Part shown: in pieces, positions 1-14,124 of the stretch
Layout: each line of letters opens with the position of its first letter
Numbering within the stretch: the first letter of the stretch is position 1
Assembly (NCBI GenBank): GCA_030704615.1
Contig: CM060733.1
Location: 72,230,001 to 72,294,000, forward strand
DNA length: 64,000 nt
Source of the DNA: Takakia lepidozioides
Taxonomy: Eukaryota; Plantae; Bryophyta
Direction: 5' to 3'
Made by a program: the position numbers and the translations under genes
Notes under the pieces: model-generated
Databases searched by the model: none
The model's input: the letters and a program-made list of their open reading frames with translations, nothing else
What the model was told of the DNA's origin: nothing

Positions 1-458
1 AGGTGGAAGGAATCAGTGATTTGGTGTTTGATAACTGGCTCCACAAGGCTACATTTTGAAGTTAGGTGTGTATTCAAACATGCCGTTTTCTTCTCTTCAA
101 GTATGTGATGAGTATCTTATTGCAATTCTGACAAATATATTATTTGCAGCTCGAAAAGCGCGCCGTCATTGTACTGGATCAGACTTTGAAGGACCTGAAC
201 ATTTCGATTGTTTCCCCTCCCCAAATGTCATTGGAGGCATACATAAGGAAGTGGAGAGGTCTCACCTGGAGATACTGTTTTTTCCGGGAGTTCTCCAAAG
301 ATGGTAACATTTTACGGTCCAACGACTTTGATAGTTAGGTTGGAGGAGAGTGGGCCATGATGCAAGTTGTGTACAGGTGCAATGTCATACTTGAAACTCT
401 ACTGCTTTTTTTGGGAAAAAATGTGGCTTCATAAGGATTGCAATCATAGATCCAGATT

Positions 459-1000
459 GAATGTCGTTGACAACATTCACTTCTTTGTCTGAGTCATTCT
501 TAAGCGAGTATATGAATTCACCTGGTTAGGATCTAAGGGTGTAATTATAGTGTCCCTGATTAGAATTGATAATGTCCTTGAATGGCGTTGATGACATTCA
601 CATCCGGAGTTGTTGAGAGGTCCTCAGAGTTATGTAAATTTTTGTAATGTCCATAGAGGTTACAGTGAGGGTTCCTCACTTCATATTGCTGAACGTCAAT
701 GCAGACATTCAGTTATTCTGCATTGTTTTTGCCTCTTGCGAGGAATCTGGAGGCTTGATAAGCTCTGTTATGAGAAATCCAAAGTGAATGTCGTTGACGA
801 CATTCACTTCTGTGTCTGTATTATTCAACAGCGACAATTTGAATTTACATGGATTGGGAGCTAAGTAATTGGTTCCTTGTTGGTATTGTTGTGAATGGCG
901 TTGACGCCATTCACATACAGTGTTGTTGTGAGGTCCTCAGTGATATGTTCGTTATGAATGTGCATTGAGTTTTCCTGGAGGGTTCCTTACTCGAGTTTAT
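459..1000. repeat. Degenerate ~325-bp tandem duplication with four hairpin palindromes GTGAATG(T/G)CG-TTGA-CG(A/C)CATTCAC
   Basis: Motif copies near 459, 580, 784 and 891; flanking text (gaggtcctcag..., gagggttcct...) also recurs. Confidence 0.75.
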
Positions 1001-1425
1001 GATTTCCATCTTGTGATTTTGCTTCATTTGAGGAATAATTAGGCTTGATTAGTGAATGTCCATCCCTCATTCATCCTTCTACATTCATTTTTCACACTCA
1101 TCCATATGTTTATCATCCAACTGTACATTCATCCATCCTTTATTCAATGCCTTTTATTATGTCGTCCAGCTTGTTTCCGCGGTTAAGGGTGCCAATCCGC
1201 GGGAATACACTCCACTTCTTTCTGGGCGCGTGGTAACGCGGCCTTCATGTGTGATGACATGGAGTGAGCCCCGTGACGTGGCATTTGCACAAGGTGACGT
1301 GGCGTGAGCGCAGTTGTGCTCCCTCCAACAGCTCTCCAGGCCAACTCACTGCAGGTGAATGCTGCTAGTGTCGGCATCTTGCCCCGCTGGACAACCACAA
1401 CTCCCCCAATGAATATCACAGGGAG

Positions 1426-2098
1426 CTACACACGCCGGCCCTCCCCTAACTGCCATCCAGGCCTATAGGAGGCTGTCTCCTCCCAAAAATCCAGGGTGAA
1501 GCCCATGGGGTACAACACTGCCCTACCAACTATGACATCGTAAGAGACCGCATCTGTCACAATGGCCTTGGCTCTCATCACTGAGCCATCTGTTGGATGA
1601 TCCGGCTGTAGTCTGATAGCCAACTCATGCCGTGTCATGCCCCGAGCCTGCTCCGATCCTCCCATTGACGTCTGTATATGGAAAGGACAAGGCTCCATGT
1701 CCGCCTCCGTGAGGCCCAAGCTTGCATGCAGCTCTGCCCATCATCAGTGGCTGAGCTCCCGAGTCCAACAAGACTCGCAGTGGCTGGTATCTCTTGCATG
1801 CCGGTCCACTCAAATAGAAGATGTCATCCTGGTTGTCTAACATGACAACTTCAGGTGTCACCATGGCGCGCTCAATGGCTGGCCTAGCTGGCAGCTCCGC
1901 CAACCCGGCAGCTGCAGCTTGCCATGGCGCCGCCGTGGCAGTCTTGACCCTCAAATCCAAGGATCCCTTCGGCACTACACCTCCCACTATCTCCGCAGAA
2001 GATGAAGTAACCTCCTCACTCTCATAGAGTGTAGCTGCCAGTCTAAACACTGCAGCTGGTCGCACCCCCGGCATCGCAATCATGGTAGCCAAGAACAA
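1426..2098 (-). pseudogene. Retroviral-type aspartic protease (frameshifted)
   Basis: VLLDSGA catalytic motif, followed in a shifted frame by YDVIVGRAVL. Confidence 0.8.
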
Positions 2099-2564
2099 TG
2101 GAGCCTAGCACACAGATGTGGCCGCCCCTAGTAGCACATTAGCTGTTGTAGCCTTGGCAGCAGGTAGTGGTGTTGCATGTGTGTCTCTCCCCAATGGCAC
2201 AATAACCTCCGCCTCGGTAGCAGTTGGGCGAGAACTAGGTGCCATGGATGGCGTCGATACTGTCTCCGCCAATGTGAATGATTGAGGCAGCCTAGCCTGA
2301 CGGCTTGCCTCCCCACGCTGTGGATCTAACTCCACCTCCGCACCTCGTGGCTCAGGAACTCGTGCTGCACCTCTAGTCACGGCTGCAGCAGACTCCACCT
2401 GCACTAGTGGTAGTGCTGCCCTGCACATGAATCCCATGCCTCCCATATCTCCTCCCTCAGGAGCAGGAGGTGGACCCTCAGGCCTTGGAGCTGGTACCAC
2501 CTGAGCTGTGGCCATGGCAACAAGTCGCTGCTCTAGCTGCTGAAGCCGGTTGGCCATGCCTTGG

Positions 2565-3967
2565 TCAACACCCCAACCTCCTCGTCCCTGGCCATGCTGA
2601 GCTTGCCCTTGGTCTGCACCTCGTGCCTGACCACCTCGTACTCTCTGAGCTGCTCCACCTCACGCCCCGGCCACCTTTGTTCCGTTGGAACTGGCTCGGC
2701 CGCAGCTCAGGATGCAAGTCATAACATTGGGCCTCTCCATGCCCATACTTGCCACAATGCCCACACTGCAACTGTGCAGGCTGTGTGCCTGGGCTATCCC
2801 TTTGTCGTTCTCTGGGCAATCCTTCTTAACATGGGGTCCTCCACATGTCCAACACACCACATCCGCCCATTGTTGGCCTGCAAATGAAGGGAGAGACCCT
2901 GCATCTAAGGTCATCTCTGTCCTTCCTTGGGCTTCACCTGAGCTCCCTTGTTGCCTTGAGCACGTTGAGGTAGTGGTTGGCTAGGAACACCACTACCCTG
3001 TGGTGTCTCCTTAGCAAATCCCACCATGACCACTCGTTCCTCCACCATGTTGAGCTCTATCGGCTCTGCCAGCAAAAACACATTTGTTAAGGTGGGCTGG
3101 GCCACTTGTAGGAGAGTTCCATCCCGCACCCTTCTCCTCAGCTCCTTGTCCAATATCCCATACCAGAATTGGACTGCCTGAGCTTCCGTAACCCCTTGGG
3201 TTACATTTATCAAGCGCCTCATGCGAGTGAAAGCCCCCCTCAAGCTCTCAGTAGGCTTCTGTTGGAACTCTTGCAAGCTCCGCAACTTCTCTGTCCTCAC
3301 CCCTTGGTAGTTCCCTCTCAACTCTTCGAAGAACTCCACAACAAGGTTGAAGGCAGACACAAGTACTAGTGCTGGTGCGGCAGTGGCTTGGGTGGACGTC
3401 GTAGCTACGGTACCACTAGTCTCACCAGTCCCACTGCTGCTTGTTGAAGCTGCCGATGTAGCTGCAGGTGTAGCTACTACCCTTGTGGCTCTAGTGCCCC
3501 TAGTGATGGAGACATAGTTGGGTGACCAGTACATCCTCCACTCCTCAATCTCAACCTCATGCCCCCACCTAAACTTATGGTAATCATCCATGGGCGGCCC
3601 CTCAAGGTGCTGAAACAGCCCGTTCCATGCCATGAAAGGCGTAAATAGTTGTGGATTGCCCATTTGCTGCAAATTACACCAACTATCAAACTCTTGGGTT
3701 AAATTGTCCAGCTCAATGGTGCCCACTGCTCCAGAATACCTACGTGGCCCCTTGGTAGCTCCATACATCTCCTCCATTGTATCCACACAGCAATGGCAAT
3801 GAAGTAACTTGCACCGTCAGCGTGAACCCTCCTGATTCAGAGTCTGAATCAGAACCTTCCTTGGAAAAAACAGGAGGTGAAGGTGGCCTAAACCGCACAC
3901 ATTGTCTCGTGTACCCACTAGTATCTCTAGTGCTCGTACCGGCACTCTCCCCAGCAACTAGTGGCAC
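2565..3967 (-). pseudogene. Retrotransposon gag with zinc knuckles (frameshifted)
   Basis: ORF 2911-3786 has a retrotransposon gag-like segment (LQEFQQKPTESLRGAFTRM..QAVQFWYGIL); CWTCGGPHVKKDC and CGHCGKYGHGEAQC follow in other frames. Confidence 0.8.
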
Positions 3968-4664
3968 CTCCGTGTTGACAAACTGACACTCAACCGGTCA
4001 TGAACATGTCCCTAACCCCCTTTCCACAAGGTAACCGGGTAGAGAACCTGTTGCGGCTTATGGTTTGGAATACTAGGTTCCTAACATAGCCTGCACCTGC
4101 ATCTGCATCCACCGCAAGCACTCATATGGTTGGCTGGTCATCACCTCCAACCTCACCACAGGAGAAACAATGATGGTCTGACTGGTCATCACCCCAGCCT
4201 CATCATTGACAGCACGGTCTAGGACTGGCCGGTGATCAAATCCGGACAAATCACCTATAAAAACAAGCGCCCACACAAAACTAACATGGCGCACAGTCAA
4301 GCATGCAGGTGTGGAGGGGATCCAAACACAAGAAATCAGAACGACAACTCCCCCACACCAAAAACAACTCCACGGTGTCGAACCTGCAATGACACCTCAG
4401 CCCAAACCTGGACTGACTCTTGCCTCCACCTACGGAAAGGTCTTGGCTTAATGAGAGGGTGGAAAACTATGAGGAAGAGAAGCTAAAGCAATGCCTAACC
4501 CCAGCATGCCCTCATTCCAACACTCTTCCTCTCCTCTCTTCCCTCACTTGCATGACCATGGGAATATCATGACGATCCTCCTCAAACCGCCCTCCATGAG
4601 CTCCTGAAATTCGGCCTTCAAAGACCCACCCAAAACAGTCCGCCAAGCCTCCACGGGTCAGCAC

Positions 4665-4955
4665 AGGCTGTCTATAGACCAGCACAGGCCTACACAGATC
4701 ACATATCAAGCCGTCACAGCCCCACACAGGCCACAGGTCACAGGCCACAGCCCATCACAACCCCACAGGTCATAGTCCGTCACAGCCCCACAGCCCACAG
4801 GTCACAGCCCATCTCAACCGCATAGGCCACAGCCCGTCAGAGCCCCACAAGCCACAGGCCACATGTCACGGCCTGTCACAGCCCTACACTTGTCACAGGG
4901 TCACAGCCCCACAGGCCACAGGTCACAGCCAGTCACAGCCCGTCACAGCCCCAAC
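4665..4955 (+). repeat. Minisatellite of CACAG-centred 7-8-bp units (gtcacag/gccacag/cccacag)
   Basis: Directly visible tandem motif in the gypsy leader. Confidence 0.85.
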
Positions 4956-6831
4956 CATGGCCGCTCATGGCAGTTTAGCCATTTCTCCAAGGGGTTTAGC
5001 CACGCCTAGCTAGGGTTTGTGTCTCTTGACCCTTGAGCTCTCTTGCAACGAGCTATGGTAGATGTGAAGAAATCTGCAATGTATTCTTGCTCTCTTCGGC
5101 TCCCACTCACCACCAATAGTAGCCCTAAGCCATGAGGAAGATGGTTGCCACAAACCAAGCCCTCTTTCTCACTTAGACTCCCCAAGCATGCCACTAAACT
5201 CAATGGCAAACAACCAAGCCTTGCTAGTTTTCAGCCCTTGTGAGCACTCATTCAGGCGCTCTCCTTGGCCATAGCATGTGTCTTAGAGCCTATTCCAGCC
5301 CCCTACACCTGCCACTTCAAGAGCCATGCTCTATCTAGGCTTTAAGTTGAAACCCCAACTCAAAACATACTCTACAAGTGTCGGACTGTCACATAAGAGC
5401 AGATCAGCCCCTTACCTTCCCTTCTGGCTCTCCAAAGCTTGAAGATGGAGGCCTAACTAGGCTGAATGCATGCTCCACACATGCACTACTCCCACATAAG
5501 AGAAATCAACCCTTCCATCTTCCTTGCTTGCTCTCCAAGGTTGAAGATATGAGCTTCAATGGGCTGATTGCATGCTCCGCACATGTAACCCCCTCACACA
5601 AGAGATATCAGCCCCTGATCTTGGCTCCTTGATGCTTCTCTAAAACCAAACTAAGCACTCCATAGCCTTTGCCAAGCTCTTGAAACCCTAAGGTCTATAT
5701 TTCCAGCCACAATACACTCCTTTGGTGATGCAAGAGCTATTCTTCCAAGCTCTGAAACCCTAGGTGCACATGAACTAATTCTCATGCATATTCCCTGGCT
5801 TTAGAGCGCCTTGCTGCTGCCCTTCCAGCCCCGCTCTTGCCACTCCAAGAGCCCTTATACCGCTAGAGTTTCAGATTGAAACCCCCAATTCAACATAGCC
5901 ACAAATGCATTGGCTTGCATACAAGAGAAATCAGCCATCTCTCTTCACTCGTACCTCTTTATGAGCTTGAAGTTGGAGCTCCCGATAGCTATGACTTGTA
6001 TCTAACACCCTCGCAGCTCCACACTCACCACACTTGGCTGCCACAGCGTTGAGCTATGCAACACTGCTCTTTGACACATGCTGCCTATCTCTGTATCCAT
6101 TGCAAACCTGCAACCTGTTCGCCTTGCACCCTATCCGCTTTGGACAGGCTCATGCATGAATCCCTGCATTCTAAGTTGAACCACTTCTCATCTGAAAACA
6201 CACAAGTGCTACAAAGCAACTCGAACCTGGCACTCACAGACTCGAGCTCATCTTTCTCGAGTGATAAAGAAGAAGAATACAAGCACAAGCTCATGTGAGC
6301 TCAAAAGCTGAAGCATAAACTCATGCATATATAAACTCAAATACAAGTCAAGCCAAATGCACCCCACGCCATGGGGAATCCACACTACGGCGCCATAGCT
6401 AGGCGCGGTGAGGCTCAACTCGAGAAAGATGAGTCTCCCGCGCTTGCCGTGAAGATAACCACTCCAGGGCCTAAATCTGCCTTGATCCCTGGATTGACAC
6501 TTGGGCCAATCCCAAATATCAATATGTAAAAGCTAGTTATTTCCTAGCTAATTTCATACTAGTGGTGAAATAACTTGACATGGCCGCTGCTGTGGAGGCT
6601 GAAGGTTATGACCTCGACCCTCGTGCTTTTCCTGATGCTGAAGTTCATCCAGGCAAGATTCATGGTATGAAAAGGCGCAGCTGTCTATGGGATTTACCAT
6701 ACTGAAAGGTACCCCCTGCCATTGTACTTTGTGGTGAAAATCCTTGGGCCCTGTTTTGTTTTTTTTTTTTGGAGTTAGATAAGCTTCCAGCACTTCCTAG
6801 GTTTTATTTCCTTTCAAGGATGAAATCCTAG

Positions 6832-8625
6832 TTGTTGCCCATGAATGAATTCTGGGATCTCGCTGTGGATGAATTCGTCTTCACTAAGGCCCTTTATGAT
6901 TCATGCCTCAAATCCCTCTCCAAATATAAGGCCCCCGGCCCATATCTCATCCCCAATGCCATACTCCAGACTCTTGATCCACAATTCCACTCTCTCATTT
7001 TTAAGTTCTTTCAACTCTGTTATCGTTTACGCCATATCCCTCCCTCATGGAAACACAGCCGCACTATCCTCCTATATAAAAAAGGAGACTCCGCCGACCT
7101 TGGCAACTGCCGCCCTATTGCTTTGGCTAAAACTATATATAAACTCTTCACTAGCACGCTGACCACGATGCTCTCCAGTTATGGGGAACACCACCGTATC
7201 CTCAGCGATCCCCAAGAAGGTTTCTGGGCCACTTGGAGTACCACCCGACAAATACAATATGCACTCTCCGCTCTAGAAGACGCCAAACTCACGAAACAAG
7301 ACATCTACCTCTTATACATTGACTTTAAAAATGCCTTTGGGTCTCTGGACCATGCTCGACTTCTTGCAATTATGACGGACCTAGGTTACCCAGCAGATGC
7401 CATCCAACTCATAGGCAACATCTATAATGGTAGTACCACAAAATACTCAGGCTCATACTACGGCTCCACTCCCCCTATTCCAATCCTGCGAGTACCATCC
7501 AAGGGGACACCTTAAGCCCCAACCTCTTTATCATCTTCTTAGAATCACTCCTGAGATGGATTGATCGTGGCAAACTAGGCTACCACTACAAAACCTCTGC
7601 CACCAAAATCTCTGCGGATGCATATGCAGACAATCTAGCCATCCTAGTTCACAAACCTCAGCATCTCAATCGTCAAGTGGACAAACTATTTCGGTTCAAC
7701 CAATGGTCTGGCATGGAGCTAAGCCTACACAAATGCGCCATTACCACAACTACCTTCCACAATAAGCTCACCAAAACCACTATCACCTCACACTGTAAAT
7801 TGCACATCCACTACCAGAACAAAAACTTCCCATTCTTAGGCCCAGACGAACCCTACACCTACCTAGGAATACAACTCGTTCCCTCGCTTACATGGCACTT
7901 ACAAAAAAGCACTACGCTCTCTAGACTAACCAATAGAAGTCTGGCCCTCCTCAAGGCTCCGGTCTCCATCCACCCCAAACTCTCACTAATTCAATCCGTT
8001 CTTAAACCACAAGTCCAATATTCCTTTCATGCTGTACCCTAGTTCTCCCTTCCTGATATCAAATTAATCGACAAGAACTTCATTCAACTCACTAAACGTA
8101 TATGTGGTCTTCTCACCAGCACTCCTAACGCCTTCACCCAGCTCCCAACAGATAGCTATGGCATAGGTACCAGCCCATTAATTACCTACTACGCCCGCAC
8201 CCTTGGCACATAGCTGCAAGAAGCTCTCAATGACCCCGGACGGTTAGGCCTTATCTACAGGGGCCTCCTCAAATTCCTAGCCACCAAATATAATGGTCTT
8301 TATTCCCTCCCAACCCTTTACCCCCAATCTTGTCGTCACTCCCCCACTGCTTGAACTCTCTATATCCTACGCCAAATGAACATCAGCATACAAACCGATC
8401 TCCCGAACTATCCTAACACTACCTCCCCCTCGAACAAGCGTGGCTCAACAGTCCATTTCTCTCCGATTTTGAGGATTCACACCCTCGCCAAAATCGCCCA
8501 TATTTGCCTACTTCAAAGTGAAACACATTACGACACTCGCCCAACTCACCACAACCTCTGGCTACTGACTACTCATCCCCAGTGAGTTCACTCTAAAATA
8601 CTCCAGAGCCACCGTCAAAACGTGT
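6832..8625 (+). pseudogene. Non-LTR retrotransposon reverse transcriptase, RandI/Dualen-like, disrupted
   Basis: KAPGP, WKHSRTILLYKKGD, RPIAL, EDAKLTKQDIYLLYIDFKNAF; then, after a frameshift, QGDTLSP, AYADN (YADD equivalent), YTYLG and LNDPGRLG. The clade assignment is from memory of motifs. Confidence 0.85.
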
Positions 8626-8629
8626 CGGT

Positions 8630-8987
8630 ACCTTTCCAAGGCCCATAGTGCAGAGAAAAGTTTCATATCCCAATCGGTACCAGCTCCGGAAATAGTTTTA
8701 GTCAAAGTTCCACATAATTGCCCATTGGTCTTCTCAGTCTACCCGTTAACGCAGGGATGATAGGTTGTAGTATGCTTGATGACATATTTAGCAGTCAATT
8801 GCTCAATGGTAGAATTTAAGAAATGTGTGCCACGATCGCTCACCAGCTCACGAGGGCATCCAAATCGCGTAATAATATTTTCGTACAGAAATTGAGCGAC
8901 CACTTCGGCAGTATCGGTACGGGTGGCCATCGCCTCTGCCCATTTAGTCACGTATTCTATTGCTACAAGATATACCCAAGACAACAC
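8630..8987 (-). pseudogene. Ty3/gypsy integrase core fragment
   Basis: YLVAIEYVTKWAEA..ITRFGCPRELVSDRGTHF..YHP; continues past a stop to EKTN..DWDMKLFSALWA. Confidence 0.9.
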
Positions 8988-10463
8988 ATACTTTTGTTGA
9001 AACGTTCAGTTAGCCCGTTACATTGAGGGTGATAAAGAGTCGTGCACCGGCACCAGGCAGAAAATTTGTGGAGGGCCCGACACGAAGGGCCCTCCTCTCC
9101 CTAAAGAAACAGGTCATATGATGATGAGGGCAGTGCATTATACCGGTATAATGCGCATTGTGCAATACACCGCGCCATATTGCATCCACACGCACTGGCG
9201 GGGCATTCAGGTTAATAAGGAACATATTTATACACTAGGAAATATGGCCTGGTTCTTTACGTTCTTCCACTATTCCTGTTGTTTTCCCTTAAAAAGTGCA
9301 GTCCGCCATCATGATGGAATTGTGTCAGGAAATTGAATTTCTTAATATTTTGTCATATTGATCAGACATCATTATTAAAAATTAACCTTGGGCATGTAGG
9401 GGTTAAGAGCTCAGTTTTAGCAGAATGCATGCAGAGTCAGCATGGCTTCTTGTCCAAGTCCTGCCCAAGAGTGGGGTTAGGGTTTCACTCCCGGCAACAC
9501 TCGTCTTAGCAAGTCAAGGATGTTGATGTTGATGGCACCACTAAACTGCTGCTGCCACTTGGGTGTTCCATCAATTATAACCAGTGTCCCTTGTAAATTC
9601 TTTTGTTTCTTTCCTGCTCGGGCCTTCCTGTGGTGGCCTGGTGATCTAAAACATTTCTTTCCTCCTCTCTAACTTGGTCCTTACTTTCCACTCGCATATT
9701 GAAAGTGGTGATTAGGGCTTTTGGACCATTTCCTGGGTGATTCCTCACTCCATTATGGTGCGCACACCTCAAGGGGTTCTGCTTCAAGGTTATCTTACAG
9801 GCATCTTGTGAAAGTTTTGCACCTCAGCCTTGAAGTTTGAACAACTTGTATGCTTCTGGCTTTTTGGCTTGTGGCACTCAAAAATACACAAAAAACATGG
9901 ACTGTGGTTATTGCTTTCTTTGGCATCTGCATAAAACTCCTCAACAGATGATAACTAAAAACTCGAGAGTTGAGCCCAACCAAACAGAGTGCTCGGTAAT
10001 ACCAAAGAACTCACAACTTGAAAAAAACTTGCGTACTACAGAAGCAACCTTGCATTGCACACTTTGAAACAAAGCCGCCCACAGTCATCCTCGATTATAA
10101 CTTAAACCTACAAACTCGATGGTCATGTTTTGTCCCCATGTCCCTGTCAACCGTGAATTCTGTCACTTTGTCAACGTCAATCAGTGCTTTTCCCAACCAC
10201 CTGAGACTATCATATAGGGTTGATATCTGGATCTCACATGAAACATGCACCTGACAATAACTATGACCAACTGGAAGATGAAAAGAGGGTAGACCAGTAA
10301 TGCAGAGAGGGGATGATCTCATGTTGCCGCCGAGCACTTCGCACAGCAAAGCTTGTATGGGTCAAGACCCAGAAGGGAAGAAAAATAAAACCAGGCAGTG
10401 AGGATTGGTGGGAATACTGATAATTGCGATATCACTGCAGTGCCTCCTCTTCCTGACTAATGT

Positions 10464-10512
10464 TTACACAACTCCTGAAGGAAGTCGCACCATCATCTGG
10501 CCGTCCATCAAG
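10464..10512 (-). CDS. ERP1: ERP1-type receptor exon 6
   Basis: (S)LMDGQMMVRLPSGVV*; too short for the ORF track. Confidence 0.9.
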
Positions 10513-13482
10513 CTGATCGAGGAGGTAGACAGATACACACACCCAGCCCACAGGAAGATAGATTGGATGAGTAACCCAACCAAAAACTGGGCAAATTTTA
10601 GAATATGAAAGTGTCTAGCAAGGGACCACTGCTTATGTTGGTCTAAGTAGGATTACTAACCTCACTGATGTTTCTAAGCAAAACGTAATGGCTACTGTGC
10701 ATTCCAAGCGAATACAAGTGAGATACTTTCTCATTGCTGAGCAAGGGAGAAGGAGCGGAGGTCAGATACCTCTTGATATAGTAGTAACAGAAATCAGCCA
10801 GGATGAACGTCTGTACAATTTCAGATAGCAGCACCATTGATGGCCATAGCCCATAGCCAAGTGCACTTAGCAAGAAGCTGTTGCTATCCAGCACCTAAGC
10901 AAAACAGACGAGGGCAAACAGATCTGTCATTACATCATGCTAGCCATAGTCTGAGTCCGAAGAAAAGAAACAGAAATAAGAGATAAAACATTCGAACTGA
11001 TAAGAGAACAGCATAATCAGTACCAAAAATACATCAGACTAGATCAGGAACTTATGAAGAAGCAGTTTGTGCCCCTCAATGCGTCCTGGCTCCCCCGGGA
11101 CAAGTTGAGGAACCTGAAACAGACGGATGGAAGGCCCACATGGGACAAGCTTGGGGGCATTATAAACTTTGAACCAAACTTCCTTCTGCACATAGAGAAT
11201 GCAATGGTAGGTTATGACTACAGCCTTATCAACCTTTTATCTCAATGAAGAGACTGATCGTGTCATGACTCGCAGTAGGAGAGACACTGTAACAAACATG
11301 CACGCACTCCCGGCTACTACTCAAACAACCACGTATCCCTGTTCTCAAACGATTTCAGTGCATGCCTAATTTGTTTGGGAGAGGGGAAGAAGCAGGGAGA
11401 AGAAAGGGGATGGGAGGTAGAGCAAACCTGGAGGATCCAGTGGGCACAGCTCAAAAACCTTGCAACTCCCAAGGCAAACACATAATGTGCTGTAAATGGC
11501 TCCACCACCTGCACTTACATTAAACAGCCGGCATTTTTTTAAGCCTTTCCTAGACCTAACCAAACAGAACTGAAGGTAGTTCAGAGAGGGGTCAAGATAT
11601 GGGTTTTGCACTCTGCGAGATAGTTTTGGATTCATTGGTGTACCTAACAAAAATACTCAACTTCAAATGAGATTCATTTTGACCGGAAAGGTCTCATAAT
11701 TCATGGTGACACCACAAGACATTCAGTATGTAGGCAATGATTTATGATAATATCCACTCAGCACATATGACTGTTCACTCTATTCCAGAGGGTGGCTGAT
11801 TGACGGACTGATACATCCAATATAGAACTCGTGATGCTCAAAAACTACTGCCAAACCAATGTTTCCTTGCAGACAGCAAGATTGTACCTTGGTGTTTTGC
11901 ATGATGCGAAGCTGAGGCAAGACAGATACAGCCTCCAGGTAGACGCAAAATGCCCACAAAATACGATTTACGAGGTGATGAGTGGTGCCCGGATGAATCA
12001 AAATCGATAGCACTGCACATGGCACCAGCTGCAACCACATTCCCACATAATCTTAACATGATTAAACTCCGAAAATCCCACTACTGTCCTACAAGTTATA
12101 GCAATTGCCACCAGGGCAGTGTTCAAATGTGTCCACCAGGGCACTGTTCAAAATGTCATCTAGGGCTAAAACCAAAAGAGGCTTTGGAAGGGTAGGTTTC
12201 TTTCTAAGGCATATGCCTGCCAGCATATATGTAAAGGATAACATTTGCAGCAAGAAGTTCATGGATACAGACTAAATCAAAAGATAATGCAACCTCTTAG
12301 ACATGTGAACTACGTTTTATGCACCAATGCAGAACCAGTGGTTTATTGAAAATATGTAAGGACTTCAAACAAGTAGCTTGTAAATGCAAAGGGAAAGGAA
12401 AGGTAACATGTCAACCACCAGGTCTTCTCAAAACCCCTGGACACTCTAGACGGAAGTTGAGAAACTGATCATTTGAACACAGATTTGCTGCATTTGGACA
12501 AGCAATTGAATGTTGGTACTCTGACTGGACGTCAATCTACCAGGATCACAAACCACGGTTCGCTAATAAGGTTCATTAATCCACCCTAGCAAGATGTGAC
12601 CTAAAATACAAGGGTGGTGGGAAGATTTGGCATACAACATAGTAAATGGGAAGGTCGTCAAGATCTTCCATGAGGGTGGATTTAAGCCTGAAGCGCATGG
12701 TAAAAACAACCCAACCAGTGGTTACAAGTGTAGCCGTGTCCAGAATTGTATGGATGTCACCCTCCATGACAAAGCTACAGTAGAGTCGTACCGCCAAAAA
12801 GACAAAGGTAAGCACCTGTGACTTCAGTGACAAGCCTGCCCCAGCAAGACGCATCACAGCCCAATACCACATTCAAGATTAGCTCAATTATATTGCACAT
12901 CACAATTGGTAAGAATAGATGCAAAGGAGGGCAGGAGCAATATGGGCGGACAGAGACCATGAACTCTCTCCCTCTCTCTTTCCCCTCTCCAGAGGCCATA
13001 TCGCAAATCAAAAGTGAAATCCCTGTAGCTGTGCCTGAGCGCTAACAGTCTCTGTTTGAGTCTCATACACCCTCATACCCTAGCGGGCAGACGCCCTCCG
13101 GGGAGTAAGTATCCCGCGGGTATGCCCTTAAGGATAAGTCACCGTCCAGGAGTATCCTCTCTCTCTCTCTCTCTCTGCCATAACCATTTGTGTGTTTGTC
13201 AAAACCATCTTGGACCTGACAGTACAAGACAGAAGAGGGATAAAACTAACCAGCACAGGTCTTCTCTTTTTGGAGCTTGTAGATGAGGACAATGATCCCG
13301 AGGGAATGGATGAACTCAGCCGCCACAAAGAGATTGTCATGGTCACGGACAACCAGTCTCAAGAAGACCAACAGCACAATGCCCGCACTTAGTCCCAAAA
13401 AAGCTTTCACTTTTGGGGGTTGCCTCTTCACCCATGCGACCGCAGCAGGCACAGGATTTCGGGCTCTTCGTACCGTCCCCAT
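10464..13482 (-). CDS. ERP1: ER lumen protein-retaining receptor family protein, ERD2-related ERP1 type, 275 aa, 6 exons
   Basis: complement(join(10464..10512,10770..10894,11428..11508,11888..12028,12636..12835,13251..13482)). All introns are GT-AG and the frame is open over 828 nt. Motifs WVKRQPPKVKAFL, DHDNLFVAAE, KEKTCAGLSLKSQ, YLEAVSVLPQL, VEPFTAHYVFALG, EIVQTFILADFCYYY, RLPSGVV*. Confidence 0.96.
10770..10894 (-). CDS. ERP1: ERP1-type receptor exon 5
   Basis: VLDSNS..FCYYYIK; AG/GT borders. Confidence 0.93.
11428..11508 (-). CDS. ERP1: ERP1-type receptor exon 4
   Basis: VVEPFTAHY..HWILQ; AG/GT borders. Confidence 0.93.
11888..12028 (-). CDS. ERP1: ERP1-type receptor exon 3
   Basis: LVPCAVL..MQNTK; AG/GT borders. 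Confidence 0.93.
12636..12835 (-). CDS. ERP1: ERP1-type receptor exon 2
   Basis: GLSLKSQ..LPIYYV; AG/GT borders. Confidence 0.93.
13251..13482 (-). CDS. ERP1: ERP1-type receptor exon 1
   Basis: ATG at 13482; MGTVRR..KEKTCA; GT donor at 13250. Confidence 0.93.
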
Positions 13483-14124
13483 GACCGACTCCCTTCAAAA
13501 ACAACTAAAAAAAAGGCCCGACCTGAGATTATGACAAGGCCAGCGAAATCTGGAGCGTACGGATCGCTTATATCTTACTTCACTCTTTGAAAGACAGATC
13601 GATATTTCAAAGCAACGACCTTGGAGGTGACAGAATTCGATACACCTTCCAAGTACACACGCAGAATCACTCGCTTGGTTATGAACTGCACGAGACCGAA
13701 TTCCAGGGCCCTCAAACCTCAGTTTCGGCCCGCCAGAAACATCCCCCGCAGCTGCAAGACCGATGTAACCAAATAGCACAATGATACTCCACTCGGGAAT
13801 GGAAGACCTCGCCTTTAGGGTTTCGGGGAATCAACCCCAATGGAACAGTCCGTCGACTACAACACTCACCACCACATCCGTAGAAATTCTGCAAAACAGA
13901 TGTTTGAGAATTCCTTGATACCGACCCGCACAGTGACAAGACTCCCTCCCCACTTACCATCGCTGTTTTATACACTAGCACCGTGGAGAACACGATGACT
14001 CTAACCCGTCGGATTATTTGTCCGACGGTTTACTTATTGCCACGCCAACGCACGTCCTTTTAGACAAAGTTTCTTACGTGTGTCAACTACCCTTTGAGTA
14101 TTTTTTTGAAAAACTTTTCTTTTT

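Larger units (their letters stand above)
1190..6420 (-). mobile_element. Degenerate Ty3/gypsy LTR retrotransposon remnant (long 5' leader, gag, protease; RT and integrase missing)
   Basis: gag and protease motifs as listed separately; PBS-like TGGCGCCG on the minus strand near 6388-6395; boundaries approximate. Confidence 0.7.

Noticed and set aside
1-338. Terminal exons of a gene entering the window
   Set aside because: A GT..AG intron (66-149) is plausible, but I recognise no protein motif.
459-914. CRISPR-like hairpin repeats
   Set aside because: Spacing is irregular (107-204 bp) and the spacers are themselves duplicated.
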